Of a DNA stretch of 64,000 nucleotides, positions 12,330-25,085 are shown in pieces. Made by a program: the position numbers and the translations under genes. The stretch is from Octopus sinensis (taxonomy: Eukaryota): contig NC_043007.1 in assembly GCF_006345805.1 (NCBI RefSeq), positions 6,076,001 through 6,140,000 on the forward strand. Reading direction: 5' to 3'. The number at the start of each line of letters is the position of its first letter. Position 1 is the stretch's first letter. Below the pieces are notes generated by a model. It did not search any database and was not told the origin of the DNA. It saw only the letters and a list, made by a program, of their open reading frames with translations.

Positions 12330-12930
12330 GTTGATGATAATGATTATGGTGGGATGACGACGACGACGATGAAGTGGAGGAAGATGACGATGATGATGAT
12401 GATGATGAAGTGGAGGAGGATGACGATGATGATGACGATGATGATGATGATGGTGATGATGATGATGAAGTGGAGGAGGATGACGATGATGATGATGATG
12501 ATGATGATGCTGCTGTGGCAGTTGTGATCATAATGGTAACGGAGGTAGCAGAGGTGGTGATGATGGCAGTAGTGGTAGTAATGGTTGTAGTATTGAGGAT
12601 GATTGCAGTGGTGGTGGAGTTAATGGTATTGACGGTGGTGGTGGTATTAGTAGTAATAGGGAACATTGATATTAGTAAAACGGTAGAGGTGGTTGATGCT
12701 GGTGCGATAGAAATATTAATGGCTTTGTTATTGATGGTGATAATGAAGGTAGCTGCAGTCATAGTGGTGATGGTTGTATCGATGATGATGATGATGATGT
12801 TGGTGATGATGATGATGATGATGTGACTAATTGTGGTGGTAATAATTATAATAATGTCTTTTGCAGTAGTGTTTATGGTGATGATGATGATGGTGATATG
12901 GAGAAGGTGGTGTGGTTCAAGATCTTTGAC
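12330..12930. repeat. Degenerate (GAT)n/(GGT)n trinucleotide array
   Basis: Directly visible. Includes three gatgatgaagtggaggag subunits. Confidence 0.9.
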
Positions 12931-13154
12931 TCTTAATTCCACTAATTTGCCAGTGGGGCCAGAGAGCTTGTTAATTACATCCAATCAAAATGTTAATTAT
13001 GTTTAATCGAAATGTGAATCACATTTCCACATTTTCCCTTCTTGCGGCCATTTCTGTTTATTGATGATGGATGAGTTACTTCCCTTTCTTTGTCTTCAGC
13101 AAGTTTCTTGTTTTCTTGGAAGAAAATCATTATTTTGGGTTTATAGAAGCAATT

Positions 13155-13380
13155 ATTAAAGACAGCATTGCTAGCCTGGCAGAATCGTTACCGCGTTGGA
13201 CAAAATGCTTAGCAGTATGTCTTCTCATTCTCTGTGTGCTGAGTTCAAATCCTACTGAAATCAACTTTGCTTTTCATCTTTTTGGGGTCAAAAAATAATA
13301 TAGCAAGGGTTGATTGTATTCACCCACCCCTCCACTTAGAATTGCTGGCCTTGTGCCAATGTTAGAAAGGTTTATTGTTA
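13155..13380 (+). mobile_element. tRNA-derived SINE (family of 31976-32208), old copy
   Basis: ctggcagaatcgtta...ctgagttcaaat...ctttgcttttcatctttttggggtc, as in 31976-32208. Confidence 0.7.
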
Positions 13381-13714
13381 TTAATCAATTAAAGAAATCA
13401 TTAATATCACTATTTTCAATTGTTATTATTAAGGCAGCATTTTGTCTGTTTTTACTTTCTGAGTTTAAATTTTGCTTTCATGCTATTTGTGTTGATTAAA
13501 TGAGTAGCAGTCATATACTGTGGTCAATATAATCGTCTTCCCTTTCCCCTAAAAAACTGCTGGTCCTCTGCCAAAATTTGTAACCATTATTAGTGTTATT
13601 ATTAAAAATTTTTTGATTTGTACTGGGGTACAAATATATTAAACCCAATATGCCTCTTTGATGAGAGTACACCAGCACATGCATCACAACTGTATGTGTG
13701 CAATATGGTGAACT

Positions 13715-14195
13715 CACATGAAGATAAACAGCGTGTGACCAGTTAGAATTTCCTTCAGGTTGAGTAGCCCATCCTGCTCAAAAGGTCCCTAGATAAGGAT
13801 TGTCGAAGGATGTTGAACGAAACACCCTTGTTTCCAGAGGTGAAACACTCTTGTTTCCAGAGGTGAATCATCCAAACCTCCAACAATCCCTTTCAACACA
13901 TGGCTATGATACTCCCCCACTACTTCTGCTTGTGATCAGAGATGCACATATCGTCAGCCACTAAGGGACATGCTCAACTGCTTAAGGTCAAACAACTGAC
14001 AAGCAAATCTGTGGTATTGAGCAGAATATTTGCTGTAGGCCATCTTTTATACCAAGACAAAACAATGTACTTGATAACACTTCCAATCAGTTAAGATCAG
14101 AAGCCATGAGAGCCACTGCCTGGTACTGTATCAGGGCATTTATGGTACTGCATCAGGGCATTGGTACTGCATCTATTATTATTATTATTATTATC
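13715..14195 (+). mobile_element. Unclassified interspersed-repeat-like segment ending in (TAT)n
   Basis: Internal tandem duplications (cttgtttccagaggtgaa x2, ggtactgcatcagggcatt x3) and a (TAT)n end suggest a retroposon 3' end. Family not identified. Confidence 0.35.
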
Positions 14196-14199
14196 ATTA

Positions 14200-16130
14200 T
14201 TATTTTGATTCAGTCTTATTCCTGGTAGGATTTATGTGGGTAGCGAGTTACTATCTCTAACCTCAGGTGTCCTCAAATTTTTCAGCTCCCTTTCAAGTGC
14301 TTAGAATCCTCCTGATAATCCTTGTTGTCCCAAAGAAACAAACCTTCTGTAGGAGCTCTACCAGCCAATCTCTTTCAATCTCCTTCAGCCATTTGTCTAT
14401 ATCTTTGCTTACTGTCCCCCAACTCACCAATTATGATAGGCACAACCTTTACTGTTCTCATGCTCCAAATTCTTCCAATTTCAAATTTTAGGGGATTGTA
14501 TATTTTTGTCTCTCTTCTTTCTTTATAATCCTGAAATCAAACAGGCATGATGTGCCGATTGGTAAGCAACTTTGCATTTCCTTATCTATAATTGTTATGT
14601 CTGGTCTTTTATTTCCTAATTTCTTGTCCATTTGAATAGGAAAGTCCCACAAAATATTTTTTTCTCCGACTCTAGTATTCTTTCAACTCATTGATTCTAC
14701 CATGTGTTTACAGCTTTCTGGCACAGCTTCTAGTGCAAAACTTTTACAACCTGGTTGTGCTTTTGTTTCTTATACTCTTCCTGTGCCAACTTGGGGCATT
14801 CTGTCACAATGTGTGCCATTCTCTCATTCTAAGTTACATTTTTCTGACACATTCTCCCCATACACATATTTTCTCAAGTTGTTTGTTTTTATTGCTTGAT
14901 CTTGGGCTGCTACAATTAAGCTCTCTGTTTCTTTTTTAAATTGCCCCTTTTTAAACCAAGCCCAGGATTTTCTTCCACATATGTCTTCAGAGGCTTTCCA
15001 AAATTGGCCATGCAGAGGTTTCTCTTCAATCTGTTTGGCATGCTCGCTTTGTGTTTCACTCTTGTCCTTTTCTCTTATTACGCACTTCATAACCTGTTCT
15101 TTCTTAACTACCTTTAATAGCTTTTGTGTGCTGCTCTGTAAATATTCTACTAGGCTTTTTCTTTCCATCTATACACATTCTTCTACTGCTAATAAGCCTC
15201 TTCCACCCTGGTCTCCCCTCAAGTACAGCTGGTTGATATTAGCTTTCAGACATTGTCAATAACTTTCTAGTTTTTCTACCAAGTTTCATTTCTGGTCCAG
15301 TCCCTAATTCCAATACCATATCTGATTAAGGGCACTGCTCTTGAATTTATTACTTCAATAAGATTTTCAGAATTCAGCTTTGACTACAAGAATTTTCTTA
15401 CTCTCCTTGTGTACTCCCTACTGATTACTTGTTTCATTTCTTCATTTTGTAAAAATCTCATCTGCTTCCCATGTTCCCTAGTACTTATACAACTCTCCTT
15501 TCTCAACCACTGTCATTGTTTGCCCATTTGACATTTCAATTCCTTCGTTTCTCTCGAATTTTCCCTCTTTTATTTTTCAATATGGTGCACTTTTCTCTCC
15601 TAAATTCCATACCTATGTCATTTGAGAAAATGTGGATAGTATGTACAAGTTGTTTCTCATTTCTCGCATAAACACTTTATATTATCCATGGAAAGGAAAT
15701 AATTTTTCTGACCATTTCCTTTTCCCAAATCATAAGCAATTTTAACTCTTCATAGTATCATAGTGGGTTGTGTCATGTCCATTACAAATAGTAATGGAGA
15801 TTAAGCTATCACCTTGGAATATTCCATGTCTGATGTTCTCTTTTCCAAGTTTTTGTTTTTCTTCTGACCAATTCAGTATTCCACTGTTTCATATTTAAGC
15901 ATTTTCTCCAGGTTTTTTGCTATTCCAGACATGCTCATTGCTTTACTTATCCGACTGTGTGGTACCATGTCAAATACTTTCTTTCTAATCTGGCCATGCT
16001 ACCTTCAGTCCTGTCAATTTGCATCTACAATTTCTAATTATCATCTTATCAGCTAATAAGGGATCTTTTGTTGCCCTACTTTTTTTTCTTGCATCCTTTC
16101 TGCTCTTCTGGAAATAGATTGTTGCTTTCC
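14200..16130 (-). mobile_element. R4/Dong-clade non-LTR retrotransposon remnant (RT and restriction-like endonuclease, RLE)
   Basis: Minus translation gives FPEEQKGC, KKVFDMVPHS and KPLHGQFW...ETESLIVAAQDQAIKTN. Abuts (TAT)n at 14175-14200. Confidence 0.85.
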
Positions 16131-16359
16131 AGATGGTTGTATATTTCTCCTGCCAAGACACTCAAGTGCTAACCAGGTTAAAGGTCAAGGGATCCTCAAG
16201 GCAATGTTTGTCCGCTAGTCATCCAGGCACGGATGTGACCTTGCTGCAAGCAGTCATCCAATTGCACAGTGATCCTTTTATGCAATTGTGTAAAGTTCTT
16301 CGGCCAGCCTTGTACTCCATCTGGGCCTGGTCCTTTCCAATTTGCTATTTTTTAAAACA

Positions 16360-16377
16360 ACAACAACAACAACAACA

Positions 16378-16432
<55 letters not shown>

Positions 16433-16460
16433 TTACTACTACTCATCACCATCATAATTT
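16360..16460. repeat. (CAA)n(CTA)n compound microsatellite
   Basis: Directly visible. Confidence 0.95.
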
Positions 16461-16914
16461 AAATCCCGTGGTGAATACAATCCTCCTCCTCACCACCACC
16501 ACCCTCACCATTACTGTCATCATCATCCTCATCCTTGTCCTTGTCATCACCATTTTCATTTTATCTCCTTCACCAAACTTATCATCGTTATTATCTTCGT
16601 TATGTTTCATCATCTCAATTATATCTCAATTATTATATGTCTGCTTTTCCTGCCAGCAAGAGTTGGATGGTTTTTCTAAGGTATTCTTTTAAGACCCGAT
16701 GCCCTTTCCCTCACACAACCTGTCAATCATCACTCATCACTCAGACTCCACTACAACAATCAAATTCAAGTCATTTCCATAGAACCTCTGCCACTGAGGC
16801 ACCACATTATATTTTTCACCAGTCTTTTCTACTTTTCCTGGTCTTGAAGCTTTCTTCACCATTTAGTTGTTGTCACATCGTTTTTCTAGGAGAGAGGAAA
16901 CTCTGAGAGAAATC

Positions 16915-18080
16915 CTGCAAAACTGACAATATTCAATGATGTCAACTAGTTCTTCTTTTTGAGTTTATGCTGTCCACATTCAGAGAGTGGGATTGGCAGA
17001 GCTCTAGCAGACTTCAGCAGGTTTGCCTCCAATTTTTCTTGGTACTTGACACTGTCCATGATACCTTGGATGGTTACCAACTCTCCAGGCCCTGCAGCTG
17101 AAAAACAGCCCCAAAGCATGATCAAGCCACCGCCATGCTTTACAGTGGGGACGGTGTAACGAGGTTGGTGAGCAGTGCCTTTTTTTTCCACCAAATGTAG
17201 CGTTTCATATTTTTTCCAAATAGCTTGACTTTGGTCTCATCTAACAACAAAATCTTTCAGCACATGGTCATGGAGTCATTAATGTGACTTTTGGCAAAGT
17301 TTAGCCTAGCTTGCTTGTGTATAGGCTTCAGAAGGGGCTTTTTTTTAGCTACCCTCCCTTGCAGGCCAGACCGGTGCAATACTCTGGAAATTGTAGATGC
17401 ATGGACATCTGTCCCGTTGCCTTCTTGACCAGTTTTGACTTTGCTCTTCTGGTAAGTTTGCTTGGTCTCCTAGATCTTGGTAGGGTAGCAGTGGTTTTGT
17501 ACACTAACCACTTCTTAACTATAGTTTTAACAGTGCTTAGGGGCAATTCTAAAGTTTTTGCAATCTTTTTATAGCCATTATTTTCATTGTACTTTTGAAT
17601 AATAAGGTTTTTAAGTTCCTGAGACAGAGGCTTGCCCATTTTCTTCCCCGAGTTGGACATCTTGTGTTTACAGTCAGAGTCCAAAGACCAACATACCAAA
17701 AAAAACCATGTGGTGAATGATTTTGTAGGCAGTTAAATCACCTTATACAGCAAAATAATAGACTGGCCAAGTTTGTTTGTTATGGTAGAAAGCACATGTC
17801 ACTTTTGATTGTTTTGGATTGTATACATCAATGACAAACTACCTAATAACACAGTATAATATCTTGGGGGCTGTAGACTTTTGCAAAGACATTTTTCTAA
17901 GTTATATGATATTAAGAATCATTGTGAAATTAAAAAAATGTAATTTTTATATCAAAGGAAAGTGTGATGGATCTGCTTATTATTTAACAATCATTGGAAC
18001 TGAAAACATGTGTTGCTCCCTGTTAAATTATGCAAAATATATAAATTTTCAAAGGAGGTGTAGACTTTTGCAAGCCACTG
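16915..18080 (-). mobile_element. Tc1-like transposon, truncated; 5' terminal repeat with IR/DR structure
   Basis: Paired-like HTH (LSQELKNLII...GYKKIAKTLELPLSTV), GRP-like RSRRP, DETK and TVKHGGGLIMLWGCFS. Minus-strand terminus CAGTGGCTTGCAAAAGTCTACA flanked by TA (18081-82). Inner direct repeat near 17870-17888. Confidence 0.9.
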
Positions 18081-18129
18081 TATATATATATACATTTCAT
18101 CATGTTAAACCGTTAATCCCCACTTCTCT

Positions 18130-18540
18130 CTTTCTCTCTCCATTGTTTTCCTTCTTTTCCCTTTTTGTCAAAGAGCTTAGGCTTGAAACATCAAAGACGA
18201 CTTTTCCGTTCTTCGTAGAATTGACACGAAGAGTGAAGAATCCGAGAGTGAGGAAACCAAAAGTCTGGAACTCTGGCTATAAACTCCTAAAAGGATTCTT
18301 GTTGATGCAGACCATCTCTGTTTTCTTTTAGATTGTCCCTTGCTTCTATTCTGTGACCATTTGGTACAGATTCCCATACAGGAGCCAGATCTACTGAAAA
18401 TCTGCTTCCCACGTCAGAAACTGAGTGGTTGCTTTCATTTAAGAAGTTTTGTGAAATCAGTGCTGTTGGTGCTGGCCAAATTCTTGATGATGTCTGCCTT
18501 AAGAATCTCTGTAGCTATGTAACTTTGTTCTGGACACCAT
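18130..18540 (-). mobile_element. Highly decayed RTE-like LINE C-terminal remnant
   Basis: Weak minus-strand similarity to 'LYGCETW' and 'RRLxWFGH...GKRxRG' motifs. Confidence 0.45.
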
Positions 18541-18713
18541 TTGATCATACCTTATTTACAGATTGGTAAAAAATTTGTATTTTATTAAGAAAATTAATTT
18601 CATAGACGGAAAAGAAAAAAAAAACAAGTGTGATATAATTTTGATTGTTTATTATTCAACATATTTCAATATTTATTATAATCCTTATTTTCTTTTTTTT
18701 TCTGTTACTGCAG

Positions 18714-18843
18714 ACATGGATTCTTGCCCAACAGCAATTCTGTTGATGCTGTGATCAAAGCCAGCAAAACGGTCAGAGAAAGTGAATCTCCTGTGTTTGA
18801 CGACAGTGACAATGAAAACAGCGATTTTGATGTGGACTACTGA
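18714..18843 (+). CDS. PDCL: Phosducin-like protein 1, terminal coding exon
   Basis: Long T-tract plus CTGCAG acceptor. Phase 2 completes GA|A (Glu), then HGFLPNSNSVDAVIKASKTVRESESPVFDDSDNENSDFDVDY-stop. Matches PhLP1 'E(Y/F)GLLP...acidic tail'. Confidence 0.9.
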
Positions 18844-19380
18844 GAGAAGGTCTATCTGTCTGTCTGTCTCTCTCTCTCTCTCAGTCTCTCTCTCTCTCTC
18901 TCTCTCTCTATCTGCTTCTCTCTATCTGCTTCTCTTTCTACCTCTCTGTCACAACATTACATCACTTGTTCCCCTGTTCGTTTCCATGAAGAAAACTGAC
19001 CTTTTCCGTGTTGAAACATAAACTTTCAAATTAGAAAGCTTCAACAAAGAACTTATAATGCGAAGAAAAGAATATATATAAAAATAAAAGTAAAACAGAG
19101 TAAGGAAGAAAATAAAAACGCAAAACACCAAAAGAAAATGAAACCAAAGTTATGGCAAGTGACATTTTGTAGGCATTGTATGTTGTTGTTGTTGATGTTG
19201 TTCATACATTCAATGTACGTATTTTCATTCATTTCTTTTTCTTTTGTTTTTCTCTTTTAATATCTGAAAATGTTGTTTTTGAAGTAATTGTTGATAAATA
19301 GGCAAAGAGCCTCGTCTTTTAGAAAACTAACTTAACAAACAATAATAATAATAATAAAAATAAAAATAATAATAAAACAC
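18844..19380 (+). other. Probable PDCL 3' UTR with several AATAAA signals
   Basis: Unique AT-rich sequence after the stop codon, with AATAAA near 19083, 19110 and 19354-19376. The cleavage site cannot be determined from sequence. Confidence 0.45.
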
Positions 19381-19967
19381 TGCAGGCCTTATTATTTAAA
19401 GACTTCATTATTTAGCATTTGAAGAAACGACAGAGAAACTGTGTTGAAGAATGAGGTCCTTCTAGAAATGAAAATGTCCGTTAATGTGAATGATTTCTGA
19501 AAGGTCAGTTTATCAGTTATACAAGCAAAACTTGGTCATTACACACTCAGCTTTTACCACGTTCTAAGTATTGAACCATTATTAAAGGAGATATTTATTT
19601 GTGCCAAGTTGTAGAACGGTATTTACTCGCAGGTGATTGTCTTTGCAATGTTTTCCTGGTGAGTTCTGTGGAGCGAAAGCAAATGGTAAGTTCTTGGAGA
19701 CACAAATCCGTGGCATTATTTTGTCGCTCCTAACATTTGCATTAATTTACATTGTGCTCATTGTCTGTTGATTTTAAGAAGCTGAGATGAGTTAACGCAT
19801 TTAACGGTTTGCCAAATACACGGGAACATATTGTGTTGAATATTGAAGAGGCAAAAGGAGGAGAAATATATAAAAAAATAAAAGCAACACACACACACAC
19901 ACAAATACATATATGTATATATATATGCATACACATAGGCATACATATATGTGTCTATATATATATA

Positions 19968-20025
<58 letters not shown>

Positions 20026-20199
20026 CATATATAAATATAAATATATGTATATATCATCATCATCATCATCATCATTTAGCGTCCGTTTTCCATGCTAGCA
20101 TGGGTTGGACGGTTCAACTGGGGTCTGGGGAGCCCGAAGGCTGCACCAGGCCAGTCAGATCTGGCAGTGTTTCTACAGCTGGATGCCCTTCCTAACGCC

Positions 20200-23100
20200 A
20201 ACCACTCCGAGAGTGTAGTGGGTGATTTTATGTGCCACCGACACAGGTGCCAGACGAGGCTGGCGAACGGCCACGCTCGGATGGTGTTTTTATGTGCCAC
20301 CGACACAGTGCCAGATGAGGCTGGCGGACGGCCACGAACGGATGGTGTTTGTTATGTGCCCACGTCACAGAGGCCAGTCGATGCGGTACTGGCTACGGCC
20401 ACGTTCGGATGGTTTTTTTATGTGCCACCGACACAGTGCCAGATGAGGCTGGCGAACGGCCACGCTCGGATGGTTTTTTGTGTGCCACCGGCACTGGTAC
20501 CACAAAGATACAAATTCCATTGATGTTCATCTATTTTGATTTGTTTTGATTTGATTTTCACTTGCCTCAACAGGTCTTCACAAGTGTCACAAGAAGGAAG
20601 GTAGAAGGTATGCACAGGTGGACTGACTATGTCCCAGGTAGGGGCCACGGGTTATGGCCTGACTAGTCTTGCCGGGTCTTCGGATGGTGTTTTTATGTGC
20701 CACCGACACAGGTGCCAGATGAGGCTGGCGAACGGCCACGATCGGATGGTGTTTGTTACGTGCCCACAGCACGGAGGCCAGTCGATGCGGTACTGGCTAC
20801 GGCCACGTTCGGATGGTTTTCTTGTGTGCCACCAGCACTGGTACCACAAAGATACAAATTCCATTGATGTTCATCTATTTTGATTTGATTTGATTTGATT
20901 TTCACTTGCCTCAACAGGTCTTCACAGGTCTTCACAAGTGTCACAGGAAGGAAGGAAGGTATGCACAGGTGGACTGACTACGTCCCAAGTAGGGGCCACG
21001 GGTTATGGCCTGACTAGTCTTGCCGGGTCTTCGGTTGGTGTTTTTATGTGCCACCGACACAGGTGCCAGATGAGGCTGGCGAACGGCCACGATCGGATGG
21101 TGTTTGTTATGTGCCCACGTCACAGAGGCCAGTCGATGCGGTACTGGCTACGGCCACGTTCAGATGGTTTTCTTGTGTGCCAACGGTACTGGTACCACAA
21201 AGATACAAATTCCATTGATGTTCATCTATTTTGATTTGGTTTGATTTGATTTGATTTGATTTTCACTTGCCTCAACAGGTCTACACAAGTGTCACACACT
21301 TGCCTCAACAGGGCTTCACAAGTGTCATAAGTAGGTGTCACACACTTGCCTCAACAGGTCTTCACAAGTGTCATAAGTAGGAAGGTATGCACAGGTGGAC
21401 TGACTACGTCGCCGGGTCTTCGGATGGTGTTTTTATGTGCCACCGACACAGGTGCCAGATGAGGCTGGCGAACGGCCACGATCAGATGGTGTTTGTTGTG
21501 CCCACAGCACGGAGGCCAGTCGATGCGGTACTGGCTACGGCCACGTTCAGATGGTTTTCTTGTGTGCCACCGGTACTGGAACCACAAAGATACAATTTCC
21601 ATTGATGTTCATCTATTTTGATTTGGTTTGATTTTCACTTGCCTCAACAGGTCTCACAAGTGTCACACACTTGCCTCAACAGGTCTCACAAGTGTCACAC
21701 ACTTGCCTCTGCCTCAACAGGTCTTCACAAGTGTCACACACTTGCCTCAACAGGTCTTCACAAGTGTCATAAGAGGAAGGTATGCACAGGTGGACTGACT
21801 ACGTCGCCGGGTCTTCGGATGGTGTCTTTATGTGCCACCGACACAGTGCCAGATGAGGCTGGCGAACGGCCACGATCGGATGGAGTTTGTTGTGCCCACA
21901 GCACGGAGGCCAGTCGATGCGGTACTGGCTACGGTCACGTTGGGTGGTTTTCTTGTGTGCCACCGGCACTGGTACCACAAAGAATACAATTCCACTGATG
22001 TTCATCTATTTTGATTTGTTTTGATTTGATTTTCACTTGCCTCAACAGGTCTTCATAAGTGTCACAAGAAGGAAGGTATGCACAGGAGGACTGACTATGT
22101 CCCAGGTAGGGACCACGGGTTATGGCCTGACTAGTCTTGCCGGGTCTTCGGTTGGTGTTTTTATGTGCCACCGACACAGGTGCCAGATGAGGCTGGCGAA
22201 CGGCCACGATCGGATGGTGTTTGTTATGTGCCCACGTCACAGAGGCCAGTCGATGCGGTACTGGCTACGGCCACGTTTGGATGGTTTTCTTGTGTGCCAA
22301 CGGTACTGGTACCACAAAGATACAAATTCCATTGATGTTCATCTATTTTGATTTGGTTTGATTTGATTTGATTTGATTTTCACTTGCCTCAACAGGTCTA
22401 CACAAGTGTCACACACTTGCCTCAACAGGGCTTCACAAGTGTCATAAGTAGGTGTCACACACTTGCCTCAACAGGTCTTCACAAGTGTCATAAGTAGGAA
22501 GGTATGCACAGGTGGACTGACTACGTCGCCGGGTCTTCGGATGGTGTTTTTATGTGCCACCGACACAGGTGCCAGATGAGGCTGGCGAACGGCCACGATC
22601 AGATGGTGTTTGTTGTGCCCACAGCACGGAGGCCAGTCGATGCGGTACTGGCTACGGCCACGTTCAGATGGTTTTCTTGTGTGCCACCGGTACTGGAACC
22701 ACAAAGATACAATTTCCATTGATGTTCATCTATTTTGATTTGGTTTGATTTTCACTTGCCTCAACAGGTCTTCACAAGTGTCACACACTTGCCTCAACAG
22801 GTCTCCACAAGTGTCACACACTTGCCTCTGCCTCAACAGGTCTTCACAAGTGTCACACACTTGCCTCAACAGGTCTTCACAAGTGTCATAAGAGGGAAGG
22901 TATGCACAGGTGGACTGACTACGTCGCCGGGTCTTCGGATGGTGTCTTTATGTGCCACCGACACAGGTGCCAGATGAGGCTGGCGAACGGCCACGATCGG
23001 ATGGCGTTTGTTGTGCCCACAGCACGGAGGCCAGTCGATGCGGTACTGGCTACGGTCACGTTTGGGTGGTTTTTCTTGTGTGCCACGGCACTGGTACCAC

Positions 23101-23260
23101 AAAGAATACAATTCCACTGATGTTCATCTATTTTGATTTGTTTTGATTTGATTTTCACTTGCCTCAACAGGTCTTCATAAGTGTCACAAGAAGGAAGGTA
23201 TGCACAGGAGGACTGACTATGTCCCAGGTAGGGACCACGGGTTATGGCCTGACTAGTCTT
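20200..23260 (-). repeat. Tandem array of 8 monomers (~340-400 bp) with a duplicated ~1.12-kb trimer
   Basis: Marker gtaccacaaag(a/at)tacaa(a)ttcca near 20497, 20840, 21190, 21578, 21970, 22308, 22695 and 23092. ORF-track translations at 21351 and 22468 are identical at offset 1117. Confidence 0.93.
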
Positions 23261-24934
23261 GCTGGGTCTTCTCACGCACAGCATACTTCCATAGGTCTCG
23301 GTCTCTAGACATTTCCTTAGTGAGACCTAAAGTTCGTAGGTCGTGCTTCACCACCTCGTCCCAGGTTTTCCTGGGTCTACCTCTTCCACAGGTTCCCTCA
23401 ACTGCTAGGGTGTAGCACTTTTGCACACAACTATCTTCAGCCTTTCTCGTCACATGACCATACCAGCGCAGCCGTCTCTCTTGCACACCACAACTGACGC
23501 TTCTTAGGTTCAACTTTTCTCTCAAGGAACTTACACTCTGACGATTATGAACACTGACATTACACATCCATCGGAGCATACTGGCTTCATTTCTTGCGAG
23601 CTTACGCATATCCTCAGCAGTCACGGCCCATGTTTCACTACCATGTAGCATGGCTGTACGTACACATGCATCATACAGTCTGCCTTTTACTCTGAGCGAG
23701 AGGCCTTTTGTCACCAGCAGGGGTAAGAGCTCTCTAAACTTTGCCCAGGCTATTCTTACTCTAGCAGTTACACTTTCAGCACACCCACCCCCGCTACTGA
23801 CTTGGTCTCCTAGGTAGCGGAAGCTATCAACTACTTCTAGTTTGTCTCCCTGGAACGTGGCAGAAGTTGGTCTCTGCACATTTCCAGTGTTTATTGCTCC
23901 TGAGCATTTGCCACAGACAAAAACTATTTTCCTAGTTAGCCTTCCTTTGACATTGCTGCACCTCTTATGTGTCCATAGCTTACACTTGGTGCATCTTATA
24001 GAGTTTCTACCTACACCTTTTTTACAGATCGAGCAGGGCCATCTACCTGAAGGCGTATGTGATTGATCTACCTTCCTACTTATTAGGACTTTGGTTTTGG
24101 CTAGGTTGATTCTAAGGCCCTTCGATTCTAATCCTTGTTTCCACACCTGAAACTTCTCTTCCAGTTCTGATAGTGACTCAGCAATTAGAGCAAGGTCATC
24201 AGCATAGAGGAGCTCCCAGGGGCAACCTGTCTTGAATTCCTCCGCTATTGCCTGGAGGACTATGATAAATAGGAGGGGACTGAGGACTGAACCTTGGTGG
24301 ACCCCAACCTCTACCCGGAATTCTTCACTGTACTCGTTGCCAACCCTCACCTTACTAGCAGCGTCTCTGTACATGGCTTGCACAGCTCTCACCAACCATT
24401 CTTCTATCCCTAGTTTCCTCATTGACCACCAGATAAGGGATAGGGGGACCCTGTCAAAGGCTTTCTCCAAGTCAACAAAAGCCAGGTACAAGGGCTTATC
24501 TTTGGCTAGGTATTTCTCCTGCAGCTGTCTTACCAGGAATATAGCATCAGTAGTACTTTTCCCTGGCACGAACCCAAACTGCATATCATCTAAGCTAACT
24601 CTCTCTCTAATTAGTTGGGCTATAACCCTCTCCGTAACCTTCATTACCTGATCCAGCAGCTTGATGCCCCTGTAGTTATTTGTCTCTAGGGCGTCGCCTT
24701 TACCTTTGTAGCAAGTTGACTATTATGCTGCTACACCAGTCATTGGGTATGACCCCCTCGTGTATCACCTGGTTAACTATATGGGTGACTAAGCTATAGC
24801 CGACACCACCAGATATTTTGAGCATCTCTGCAGTAATTCCTGATGGGCCTGGGGCTTTCCCTGTTTTCATGCTTCTAATTGCCTTATCTACTAAGGAACT
24901 GTTAACTCGGATTGCTGGTCCCTCTGTTGGGTTG
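23253..24934 (-). pseudogene. RTE ORF2 reverse transcriptase (463 uninterrupted codons 24644-23253; one +1 frameshift near 24715)
   Basis: Motifs KAPGPSGI, NYRGIKLL, QFGFVPGKSTTDAIF, FVDLEKAFDRV, GVHQGSVLSPLLF, YADD (24195-24206), FRYLG and RLRWYGHV...GRGRPRKTW. Confidence 0.95.
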
Positions 24935-25020
24935 TATATATGTGTATGTGTATATATATATCGTGCATATACATTTATTTGCATGTATACATATGTATGT
25001 ATGTATGTATCTATCTATCA

Positions 25021-25085
<65 letters not shown>

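Larger units (their letters stand above)
20054..24934 (-). mobile_element. Young 5'-truncated RTE-clade LINE with tandemly amplified 3' UTR and (GAT)n tail
   Basis: RT ORF, 3' UTR and (CAT)n at 20054-20076 are contiguous. Both flanks are (TA)n microsatellite. Confidence 0.95.

Noticed and set aside
12223-12984. Acidic, poly-Ser or poly-Met protein ORFs
   Set aside because: These are translations of (GAT)n/(GGT)n microsatellite with no splice or domain support. The same applies to 33374-34127 and to all YI, LSIY and CV repeat ORFs.
17819-18331. 170-aa ORF as a gene
   Set aside because: It starts at a non-ATG codon and spans the Tc1 terminal repeat and an antisense RTE remnant.
18680-18713. 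U12-type branch point (TCCTTAT) in the last PDCL intron
   Set aside because: The donor is GTAAGT (U2-type), not GTATCCTT.
19630-19660. Micro-exon (cgcag GTGATTGTC...CCTG gtgagt)
   Set aside because: It has splice-like ends but no recognisable product and no phase-linked partner exons.
20200-23260. CRISPR-like array or cluster of small genes
   Set aside because: The repeats are copies of the RTE 3' UTR, and the many 60-140-aa ORFs are translations of that repeat.
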